A stretch of 64,000 nucleotides of DNA from Macrostomum lignano (Eukaryota): assembly GCA_002269645.1 (NCBI GenBank), contig NIVC01000271.1:1-64000 (forward strand), in the 5' to 3' direction. Shown here in pieces: positions 37,395 to 48,278 of the stretch; within the stretch, counting starts at the first letter, position 1, and the number at the start of each line of letters is the position of its first letter. The position numbers and the translations under genes were made by a program. The notes beneath the pieces were generated by a model, which saw only the letters and a program-made list of their open reading frames with translations, did no database searches and was not told the origin of the DNA.

Positions 37395-40367
37395 TTAAAA
37401 ACTGTCCTGATACCTCATCGGCTTCTTGATGAGTCGCCCCTTGGCTGTGCGATATTCGATCTGATCAGATGCAGAGGCCGGCTGCGCTGAGGCCGGCTGT
37501 GCTGAGGCCGGCTGCGCTGAGGCCGGCTGCGCTGAGGCCGGCTGCGCTGAGGCCGGCTGCGCTGAGGCCGGCTGCACTGAGGCCGGCTGCGCTGAGGCCG
37601 GCTGTGCTGAGGCCGGCTGCACTGAGGCCGGCTGCGCTGAGGCCGGCTGCGCTGATTCGTCGAGATTTTGATGTACATCTAGTTCTTGGTGATATTCGTC
37701 AAAAGGAACTCCAATTTTCCGTAGTCTGAGAAATCGTCTGTTCCGTCTGAGAAGCTGACCTGTCTCCGTGCGGACGAAAAAAGATCTTTTGGAGTCGCCC
37801 ACCTCACTGTCGACCTCAGCCGCCATCCAGTCTCGGCGACCACGCTGAAGCCACACAGGGTCGCCAACGTTCAGTTGATGAAGCGGGCGAGCACCGCGAT
37901 TGTAAAGCTGTGCCGCTCGGTTGCGCTGATTCTCGAAAGCCTCAATACTAGCTTGAATGTGGGTCTCTTTCGGACGAAGATCTTGGAAAGTCGCTGGCAG
38001 ATCACACCGCAGTTTTCTTCCGAATGCCATCTCAGCAGGACTCGGAAAGCCGCTTCCAATCGGTGTGTTTCGATAGTGCAACATAGCCATTTCAAAGCTT
38101 TGCCCAGTCTCGTGGCACTTCTTGATCATGTTCTTGGCTGTCTGCACGTACCGCTCGGCTTTCCCATTAGACTGCGGGTAGGTCGGACTGGAGGTCCTGT
38201 GCTTTACTTTAAAGATCGATAGCATTAGCTGGAACTCGCGAGACGTGAATTGTGGACCACCATCACTGATGAATTTCTCCGGGACTCCCAAGTTCTGAAA
38301 GTGCTCGCGGAGAATTTGCACGACAGCTGATGTCGTGGTTGACCGCAGTCGGTTAATGCTCATCCAGTGACTGTAGAAGTCTACGTAGAGCAAATAGGTT
38401 GCACCAGAGAACTCAAAAAGATCCGCTGAGCATACTTGAAACGGAAAATCCGGAATATCCACTGACATTAGTGTCTCCTTTGACTGTGTCTTCATGTTTC
38501 TTTGACAGGACTCACATTGGCCTACTGTGCGCTCGATGCAGTTGCGCATGCCAGGCCAATAAAAATAATCTTTCGCCTTTAGGTCCATTTTGACTATGCC
38601 TGGATGGCCGGCGTGTAAAATGTTGAGAACGCTTTTTCTTGAGTTTCCTATGGGTACGTAGATTCGATCTTTAAGACAGAGCAGGCCTGCTACCTCGGTC
38701 AGATCATGCCGAACGTCCCAGAAAACCTTTAAGTCTTCAGACAGGCTCGATCGACGCTCCGGCCACCCATCTCGGATCACATCCAGCAGCCGCATGCTTG
38801 TCGCATCCGATGATGTTTCAGTACGTATCATGTCGAGAATTTCAGCGTCACCACTGAAGCAGCGCTCCACTGAAAGGACCTGCCCATCTAGAGCTTCTTG
38901 AAGCTGTACTGCCAAGTAGTCCGTCGGCCCGTATGCTCGGCTCAGAGTGTCGGCCACGTACAACTCCTTTCCTGGTGTGTACTTGACCCGGATGTCATAC
39001 GGTTGCAGCTGTAATAATAGGCGCTGAATTCTGGGAGTAGTGTCACAGAGCGCCTTTTTGAAGATTGCTTCTAGTGGCTTATGATCACTCTGTACTTGAA
39101 CTGTGCGGCCCCACAGGTATCGATGAAACTTTTTGCAGCCGTATACAATAGCTAGCAATTCTTTTTCGATTTGTGCGTATGCTTTTTGAGCGTCTGTCAT
39201 GGCTGACGAGGCAAAATCTACCGGTCGGTCGTCTTGAAGTAGAACAGCTCCGATGCCACTCTTGCTTGCATCCACTGAGACAACCACCGGCTTGCTGACA
39301 TCAAATGTTGCTAGAACGCGCTCAGAGCAGAGTTCAGTGATGATGGAGTCGTACGCCTTGTCATGCTGGTTCAGCCAGCTCCACATAACGTCCTTTATTA
39401 GTAGATGTCGCAGTGGCTCTGCAGTCGAAGAAAGGTGTGGGCAGAACTTAGCAAGATCCGTTACACAACCCAAAAATCGTCTCAGCTGTTCTCGCTTAGC
39501 TGTTATGCTCTCAAAATCATTCGGCCGAGTCATTTCTTTGATTGCCTTAACTTTTCCTGGGTCTGCTCTTAACCCATTCGATCCAAGGATATCGCCTAAG
39601 TAGTTCAGCTCTGTTAAGCCAACTCTCATCTTCAGTGGGTTCAATGTGACATTTGCACGGCTGCACTGCTCAAGAAGGTCACGGACGGCTTGATCATGCT
39701 CTTCGACAGTTTGACCCCACACGATAATATCGTCGAAAAAATTCTTAGCATTTTTCAAGTGATTTGTGACATTTTCCTCCATACGCTTCTGGAACACCTC
39801 GGGAATTGAGCTGAGTCCATACGGAACACGTTTCCAACGGTAACGGCCAAACGGTGTGTGAAAAGTGGTCAGAAACGAGCTTTGTTCGTCAAGCTTGAGT
39901 TGATGAAAACTCTCATTTGCGTCAAATGAGCTGTACATTACAGCTCCAGCTGTTGCTATTCGAACCTCCTCCGCTGTCGGTATCGGGTGGTATTCTCTAA
40001 TTATGAATCGGTTCAGATAGGTCGGGTCGAGACACAGTCTCATTGATCCATCCTTTTTCCATACTATGGCGACATTCGAGACCGATTGTGTTGGCTCATC
40101 AACCCGAACGATGGTGCCATCTTTCTCTAGTCGTTCAAGCTCGCACTTTAGAGGCTGGTATGCTGCAAATGGCACCTTTCGAGGTGGCTGAACCTTTGGA
40201 ACAGCGCTATCGCTTAGCCGAATCGTATAAGGTTGACTCATACAGCCTACACCGTTAAAAACTTTGGTGTAACTAGTTTTCAGTTGGCCTGAAGTGAGCT
40301 GTGATGGCTTTGTGACCTTAGCGAAAGTCTTAGGAATTTGTTGGATAATAACTAAATAACTTTTTGA
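37395..40367 (-). CDS. pol: Retrotransposon Pol (RT, RNase H, integrase); frame open from 40367
   Basis: RT LCLDP..LN, PFGRY, FFDD; RNase H DASKSGIG, IEKELLA, SDHKPL; integrase HAGH..CESC, ADLF, SDGGPQF, SNGKAER; +1 frame relative to gag-PR. Confidence 0.95.
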   Translation of the reverse strand, partial: SKSYLVIIQQIPKTFAKVTKPSQLTSGQLKTSYTKVFNGVGCMSQPYTIRLSDSAVPKVQPPRKVPFAAYQPLKCELERLEKDGTIVRVDEPTQSVSNVAIVWKKDGSMRLCLDPTYLNRFIIREYHPIPTAEEVRIATAGAVMYSSFDANESFHQLKLDEQSSFLTTFHTPFGRYRWKRVPYGLSSIPEVFQKRMEENVTNHLKNAKNFFDDIIVWGQTVEEHDQAVRDLLEQCSRANVTLNPLKMRVGLTELNYLGDILGSNGLRADPGKVKAIKEMTRPNDFESITAKREQLRRFLGCVTDLAKFCPHLSSTAEPLRHLLIKDVMWSWLNQHDKAYDSIITELCSERVLATFDVSKPVVVSVDASKSGIGAVLLQDDRPVDFASSAMTDAQKAYAQIEKELLAIVYGCKKFHRYLWGRTVQVQSDHKPLEAIFKKALCDTTPRIQRLLLQLQPYDIRVKYTPGKELYVADTLSRAYGPTDYLAVQLQEALDGQVLSVERCFSGDAEILDMIRTETSSDATSMRLLDVIRDGWPERRSSLSEDLKVFWDVRHDLTEVAGLLCLKDRIYVPIGNSRKSVLNILHAGHPGIVKMDLKAKDYFYWPGMRNCIERTVGQCESCQRNMKTQSKETLMSVDIPDFPFQVCSADLFEFSGATYLLYVDFYSHWMSINRLRSTTTSAVVQILREHFQNLGVPEKFISDGGPQFTSREFQLMLSIFKVKHRTSSPTYPQSNGKAERYVQTAKNMIKKCHETGQSFEMAMLHYRNTPIGSGFPSPAEMAFGRKLRCDLPATFQDLRPKETHIQASIEAFENQRNRAAQLYNRGARPLHQLNVGDPVWLQRGRRDWMAAEVDSEVGDSKRSFFVRTETGQLLRRNRRFLRLRKIGVPFDEYHQELDVHQNLDESAQPASAQPASVQPASAQPASAQPASVQPASAQPASAQPASAQPASAQPASAQPASAQPASASDQIEYRTAKGRLIKKPMRYQDSF

Positions 40368-41541
40368 TTAATTCTAGGTCTTTCAGTGCAGACATGTAGC
40401 CAATTATTGGCGTCGAGTTCTCGCCTACTACCACTAGCTGAATTCGGACATTCTTTTTGCAGGGTGATGACACAGTCAAGTGTGTGACACCTACAACATC
40501 CAGCTGCTGCTTATTGTACGTCATCAGTGTCCATGAGGTTGGCTCGATCTGAGCCTTTGGAGCCAGCTGAGTTAGGTGCCTCAATGGTATGACGTTGACG
40601 TCTGCCCCTGTGTCGACCTTGAACAGCAGCTTTCTGCCAGTCTCTTTAACAGTCAAACTCACCATCATTGGGGAATTGCTAGTTGGTGGATTATCCTGGC
40701 CGCAGTTTGGCTTCTCCAGCGTCATGATCGATGCCGACATAGGAATTAGAGACTCGTCTTCTTCAACCAGCTCATTAATCTTCTTGGACGAGCGGCACAT
40801 TGTTGCGAAGTGATTCTTTCGACCACAGGTGCTGCATTGCTTTCCATAGGCCGGACACTTGCGTCGTTCGTGTTGGTAACCACAGTAACCGCAGCTGCGT
40901 CCCGGTGGCTTGAATTGGCTGGCTGGCATCCTGTGTTGACCTTGAACCGCGTCCACTGATGAAGATGTCGCACTGAGTGGAATTCGACTTGGCTGTGCTA
41001 AGACTCGAGCTTGTCGCTTTGATGTCTCAGAAGCTCGTCCGATTTGAATCGCACGGTCCAGTGTGAGCTTTTCCTCCCTCAACAGTCTTTCTCGAAGTGC
41101 TGGGTCGTTGCTCCCGATGACAATTTGATCTCTAATGACGCTGTTGACAATATTCTCCCGATTTGCTGGCTCTTCGTAGTTGCATCGTTTTATTAACTGA
41201 CGCAGAGAGTTAACAAACTGATCGAATTCCTCTGCATCACCTTGGACTCTAGTCCTGAACTGATAGCGCTCAAATGTCTCGTTAGAGTTTGGCTCACAAT
41301 ATTCTTGAAATTTTGCGACTACCTGCTCGTATGTCTTTACTTCCTCTGCTGCAAATGTTGAATAGATGTCTTGCCCTTCGGCTCTTAATGCAGTAAGAAG
41401 TGTTGCAATTTTCACTTCGTTGTCCTCGCTCGTCTTCTTGGTAGCCTTCATATATAGATCAAACGCCTTGTTCCATCTTCGCCAATTCTCCGCACGGTTT
41501 GTATCAAAGGCGATAGGTTCTGGAGGCCTCAGACCATCCAT
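40330..41541 (-). CDS. gag: Retrotransposon Gag plus aspartic protease, 403 aa
   Basis: ENWRRW Mag-type N-terminus, Cys/His zinc knuckles (CGYCGYQH...C, CSTCGRKNHFATMC), protease active site FKVDTGADVN. Confidence 0.92.
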   Translation of the reverse strand: MDGLRPPEPIAFDTNRAENWRRWNKAFDLYMKATKKTSEDNEVKIATLLTALRAEGQDIYSTFAAEEVKTYEQVVAKFQEYCEPNSNETFERYQFRTRVQGDAEEFDQFVNSLRQLIKRCNYEEPANRENIVNSVIRDQIVIGSNDPALRERLLREEKLTLDRAIQIGRASETSKRQARVLAQPSRIPLSATSSSVDAVQGQHRMPASQFKPPGRSCGYCGYQHERRKCPAYGKQCSTCGRKNHFATMCRSSKKINELVEEDESLIPMSASIMTLEKPNCGQDNPPTSNSPMMVSLTVKETGRKLLFKVDTGADVNVIPLRHLTQLAPKAQIEPTSWTLMTYNKQQLDVVGVTHLTVSSPCKKNVRIQLVVVGENSTPIIGYMSALKDLELIKKLFSYYPTNS

Positions 41542-41561
41542 GCTTTTTTTACTAGTTGCAA

Positions 41562-41579
41562 CTTAAGCTTGCGACGCCA
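41562..41579 (-). promoter_or_regulatory. Primer binding site TGGCGTCGCAAGCTTAAG
   Basis: Begins TGG directly after the 5' LTR, complementary to a tRNA ending ...GCGACGCCA; G discriminator suggests tRNA-Ser (inference). Confidence 0.8.
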
Positions 41580-41747
41580 TGTTATGTTATAAGAAACGAG
41601 ACCAAATGGCTTGCTAAGTTGTGTCGACAGCTCTTGAGTCAATCGATAAGTAAGCGAGCTCTTTTTTAGTTAATTTGCAAGTACGTACATTTAGAAAGTA
41701 CAGTGCATCGCGTAGATGTACATAGAGCGCTCAATGCTAACACAACA
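41580..41747 (-). repeat. 5' LTR (168 bp)
   Basis: Identical by eye to 36963-37130; termini TGTTGTGTTA and TAACATAACA form an imperfect inverted repeat. Confidence 0.95.
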
Positions 41748-43115
41748 CCTACTGTCTCCTTTATCTCCCCCTGCTGTCTCTCACTGTCTCACCTACTGTC
41801 TCACTTCATCTGTCCCCTGCTGTATCTCACTGTCTCACCTAATGTCTCCTTTATCTCCCCATGCTGTCTCTCACTATCTCACCTACTGTCTCCTTTATCT
41901 CCCCCTGCTGTCTCACCTACTGTCTCACTTCATCTGTCCCCTGCTGACTCTCACTGTCTCACCTACTGTCTCACTTCATCTGTCCCCTGCTGCCTCTCAC
42001 TGTCTCACCTACTGTCACACTTCATCTCCCCCTGCTGTCTCTCACTGTCTCACCTACTCTCTCCTTTATCTCCCCCTGCTGTCTCTCACTGTCTCACCTA
42101 CTCTCTCCCTTCATCTGTCCCCTGCTGTCTCTCACTGTCTCACCTACTCTCTCCTTTCATCTCCCCCTGCTGTCTCTCACTGTCTCACCTACTCTCTCCC
42201 TTCATCTCTCCCTACTGTCTCTCACTGTGTCACTTCATCTCCCCCTGCTGTCTCTCACTGTCTCACCTACTCTCTCCCTTCATCTATCCCATGCTGTCTC
42301 TCACTGTCTCACCTACTGTCTCACTTCATCTCCCCCTGCTGTCTCTCACTGTCTCACCTACTGTTCTCACTTCATCTCCCCCTGCTGTCTCTCACTGTCT
42401 CACCTACTCTCTCCTTTTATCTCCCCCCTGCTGCCTCTCATGTCTCACCTACTCTCTCCCTTCAACTCCCCCTGCTGCCTCTCATGTCTCACCTACTCTC
42501 TCCCTTCATCTCTCCCTGCTGCCTCTCATGTCTCACCTACTGTCTCCCTTCATCTCTCCCTGCTGTCTCTCATTGTCTCACCCCCACTCTCTCACTTCAT
42601 CTCCTCCCAGTTGTCACTCATTGTCCCACCAACTCTCTTCCTTATCTCCCCCTGCTGTCTGTCACCATCTCACCCCCACACTCTACCCCTTAATCTCCCC
42701 CTGCTAATCTCACACACTCTCTCCCTTATTCTCCCCCCTGCTGTCTCTCACTATCTCCCCCTCTCTCTCCCTTCATCTCGGCCCCTGCTGTCTCTCACTG
42801 TCTCCCTACTCTCTCCCTTAATCTTCCCCTGCTATCTCATTGTCTCCCCTATTCTCCCCCTAATCTCCCCTGCTGTCTCTTACTGTCTTATCTACTCTCT
42901 CCCTTCATCCCCCCTGCTGCCTCTCACTGTCTCACCCCCACTCTCTCACACTCATCTCCCCCTGCTGCATCTCATATCTCACCTACTCTCTCCCTTCATC
43001 TCCCCCTGCTGCCTCTCACTGTCTCACCTACTCTCTCCCTTCATCTCCGCCCCTGCTATCTCTCACTGTCTTATCTACTCTCTCCCCCCTCAATCTCCCC
43101 CTTGCTATTGGCCTT
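41748..43115. repeat. Same minisatellite, right part, increasingly degenerate
   Basis: Continues the unit exactly from the CCTAC TSD. Confidence 0.9.
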
Positions 43116-43616
43116 AATTTCACTTCCACTCTCTCACTTTCTTTTTACTTCACTTCCATTAGTTTTCCATATGATCCAGCACCTCACACTGACCTCACCC
43201 TAGAGTGTTGCGAGAGTAATTCATTTTTTCCATAGTTCCATTTTTTTCTTCGATTCCGATTCCTTTCAAAAATTTACGATAATCCCAATCTGCCCTTCCT
43301 ATTAAAATCATCAGAATTTTTGCGCGAGTTTTTCTTTTTTAGGACTAAATTGCCCAGAACCAAAGTATTTCTCCTCTTTCTCCCAAAACCCTCGCTTGAT
43401 TAGAAGGCGGCCACTTAATCGTCGGCGCATCCAAGAAGCTTTTTCATGATCGCCCAACCCCACCGCTCGCTCTTCTCTCAGCCTAGCAATCTGAGAAAGG
43501 CCGGCAGCTTCTTATACAGCTAACCATCTACACTAATCCTCTGCGACCGCTGGGCAGCTGCTTGCGAGATCGATTAATATACTACTGAGGGACCAGACAC
43601 TGGGGGATGCGTTTGA

Positions 43617-44060
<444 letters not shown>

Positions 44061-44962
44061 AATACACAGCTGTCAAAGTCACACCGCACTGTACCGACTG
44101 CAAGTGGTCGGCACTCAAAGACGGGCTATAATTAAAGCCAGCGAAATCCCCCTTGGGAACCCGCAGCGCCGCCAGCGTGTTAATAATCTCCTATAGGAAA
44201 CTTAATCACCAAGAGGAGAAAATTGGCTGGCCGCACCACGGCATCGACCGCAGCGCAGGGAGCATACGAGGGAGCCAGTGAGATACCAGAATTTGTTTAT
44301 GCTTTCACTCGCAGGAGCCCCAGCAGTGGCTACTGGCATATCATTATTCGCTAGAAGAGAACTGGGATCTAAGGGGTGGGATGGCCGGGCATTAGGAAGA
44401 AAATGCACTTCGGACGTCTTATGGGATCTCTCCTGGCTGCCAAGCGAAAGTTGAGAAACATTTCGGTATGGGGGTGGGAGAAGTGGGGATGGAAGTCCCT
44501 ATGGGGATGCGTCCAGATCATGCCGCATCGTTTCTTCGGGATCAGAGCAGCCAACCTCTGCCTGGGGATCCCCCTCACCCCAAGGCCAGCAACGTTGTTT
44601 TGCGAATGAGATTCAGGAGAAAAATAAGCTTACAAATACGATTTCGTCACTCGGGAAGCTGCGCTGCAGATGAGCAGGACCAACGCGACGTATTTGCAGC
44701 TTGGGGGAATAATAGGGAAGAGCACGGATCCGGGGCCTTCAAACCCTCGGGGCGATCGGGAAAATTTGAAGCTGTGAGCAACCTCTCCCTTGACCTCCCC
44801 GCCGTCTGCTACGTGAGAAATACCTAAAATCCTTCAAAACCCGCAGTCTCCATTATATGCGCAGAGCAGTCATTTTCTTTACCAACCAGCTCCTACTCGT
44901 TGATGCTTCATATCTTATGTCAGCTTCATTTTATCCGGTATCCTGTTTCTCCCTCTCTCTCT

Positions 44963-45004
<42 letters not shown>

Positions 45005-45354
45005 GTCTGTCTCCAGAGCTCTCCAGAGGTTGCTGATGCTTCCAGGAAACGAATTTTGCTTCCTGAAAACTGAGACGATGCGGAGAGCATAGCTAAGAGA
45101 CCATCACGGCTGGCTGCACTGGCCAGGGTCATGAGATTAATAATCAATCAGCTTTTTAGTTGCTATGGAGATATGATAAAACAGCATGGTACGCACGTAA
45201 TTTCACTGCGAATTCATGATATTCTATGATGCTAAAATGTTGGCTAAAAAATAACGAAATTGCGATAATCGGATGGAGCCGATCTGCTGTTGAATAATTA
45301 ATGCCACTTATACACAGCTTTATTGGCATATCCGTGTCTTCAGCGTCCTTTCTC

Positions 45355-45600
45355 AAATCCTCAGTGTCTTCCCCGAGTCCTCAGTGTCTTCCCGAGTCCT
45401 CAGTGTCCCTCCCGAGTCCTCAGTGTCCCTCCCGAGTCCTCAGTGTCCCTCCCGAGTCCTCAGTGTCCCTCCCGAGTCCTCAGTGTCCCTCCCGAGTCCT
45501 CAGTGTCCCTCCCGAGTCCTCAGTGTCCCTCCCGAGTCCTCAGTGTCCCTCCCGAGTCCTCAGTGTCCCTCCCGAGTCCTCAGTGTCCCTCCCGAGTCTT
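45355..45600. repeat. 20-bp minisatellite (TCAGTGTCCCTCCCGAGTCC), about 12 copies
   Basis: Direct tandem repeat. Confidence 0.95.
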
Positions 45601-47589
45601 TCCTGAGTTATCAGTGCTGATTATATATTGATTTAAGAGCGCTTAAATTGACTTGCGAGTGTTTAGGGGGCCTATTAGGTCATAGCCTCAAGTTGGTACA
45701 AATAACTCCGTAGGAAAAGCCGCATCTTAATAATTTCCAGAACCAGCATCCGCTCTTTATTTTTCCTTCCAAACTACTCCATCATGCAAGATGCTGTTCA
45801 ACGAGCGTGTCTGGCAATTTCTGTCCCCAGAAATTGGGAAAATGGCATAGCCGCGCAAAAGCTTTCATCCGTTCAAACAGGTATGGGAATACTGTATATA
45901 AATATGGGAAAATCTGTCAGTCTATAGTACTATACTGAATACTATAGACTGACAGAAGTCCACTGCCTCGCCTCCCTCATCCTGCAGTCAACTAAACTCC
46001 CGGGGACAAAAACACCTGTTCGTTTCGCATGAGGAAGGCCAGATGTTCAACTCCGCCGCCTCCTGCCTATACCCGGAGCTGTAGAACATTTCTGACTCCG
46101 AGGGAAGTTTCATTCAATTCTTCTAACGGATTAACGGATTCTTGCTTAGAAATGCTTCTACTAAAATACCAAGAGTGTCTGCTTCTTTTGTTTTGCTTGA
46201 CATACACTTAAAGCTCCTTAGATCTTGACTTTGTCAGTTTTGTTGGCCTTTGGAGTAAGAAGTCCACGAGAGGTTCTCCGTTGCCACCCCACTTAGTCTT
46301 CAGTGAGTTATCCACGGACAAATGCGGCTAGACGCCGAAAAAGAAGGACGCCGCTACACGGAGCTTGTAGATAGTATAGATCACATGCAGCTTTTATATT
46401 TACCTAAATGTGCCACTCCAGCATTCGCTGATGTACTCGTATTTAGCGGCCGTCTCAGAGGCTAGGGCCACAGACACTAGCTAATGCTGCTAATGCAGAA
46501 GCTATAGTCTATGGCCTTTACCCGGGGATTTTTTGCCAGAGGTGTGTCTGATATATCTTACAAGTAACAACGCTACAAGTTACAAGTTGATTAGTAGTGA
46601 CAAGCTAAAAGATACAAGTAATTGCGATTCAAGAAACAACCTGTCAATTTTGAGTCTAAAAGTTACAAGTCATTCAAGTTACATGCCGTATCCCATTATA
46701 GTTTATGTTCATAAGTGATATCGATTTTGAGAGAACCCAGAAGTTGGCTTGGCGGCTCATATTGTCGCTATGTAGGATCGCCACGATTGCATAAGGAAAT
46801 GCCACTCTTGCTAAAGGAGAAGAATCTCTTGCTGGAGCAGATAAAGGAGCAGAGGACTATTTAGCTATTTAGTGAATTCGCTCAACTCATTACAAAAGAT
46901 AAACGAAGGAGCGGATTTCTAATTGCAAAACTTTTTAAATCCCGCAAAAATCTATCGCAATAACCAGCTGGAAAGGCACGTTAACGTGGTTTAAGTGTGT
47001 ATACGCTCGTATTTGTCGCTTCGTTACATGTAGTGTATTTTTAATTCTCTCAGGAAATCGAATTTTGCTCCACCAAATTGTCTATGGTGAAACTTCTGCT
47101 TCCGTTGTTGGGGCCACTGATGCCCTACCAAGTATTGAGCCGCCACTGTACCCAATGAGCTAGCTAGTTAATTCGGAATTCTATTTTTTTTTTCAACCAC
47201 TCAAAGCTTTGAGCAGAAAAACATACTCAGGGCAAATAAGCAGCGTCCCGTTGCAGTCCTGAGCCGATTCAAAACTCTCAGAGGGAAGATTTCCCGCCTG
47301 CACAGTCCAGCAGTTTCCTGCGAGATCCCCAGGTCTTAATGAGAACCCGAGCCCCTGCCTTACAGATCCTCATTTCATCTCTTCCTTCTATCTACACTTT
47401 GATGCTCTTCAGATTCTACTGGGTGAAACCTTTTTTACGAAGTAGGGATTTTACTTCGTGTGTAATTCGGCACTGGGGTTGCCTCGGTGCGGTTGCCTGC
47501 AGTTTGAAGAGCTGAGCACGTCTCAGTCCTCGCTTTTTCTCTCTATTCAGTACTCTGCGGACTGGAAACTCATTAGGTGGCTGTGTGCA

Positions 47590-48278
<689 letters not shown>

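Larger units (their letters stand above)
36963..41747 (-). mobile_element. Full-length Ty3/gypsy (Mag-like) LTR retrotransposon, 4785 bp
   Basis: Two 168-bp LTRs with TG...CA ends, 5-bp TSD CCTAC (36958-36962 and 41748-41752), PBS, PPT, gag-PR and RT-RH-INT ORFs in gypsy order. Confidence 0.97.
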
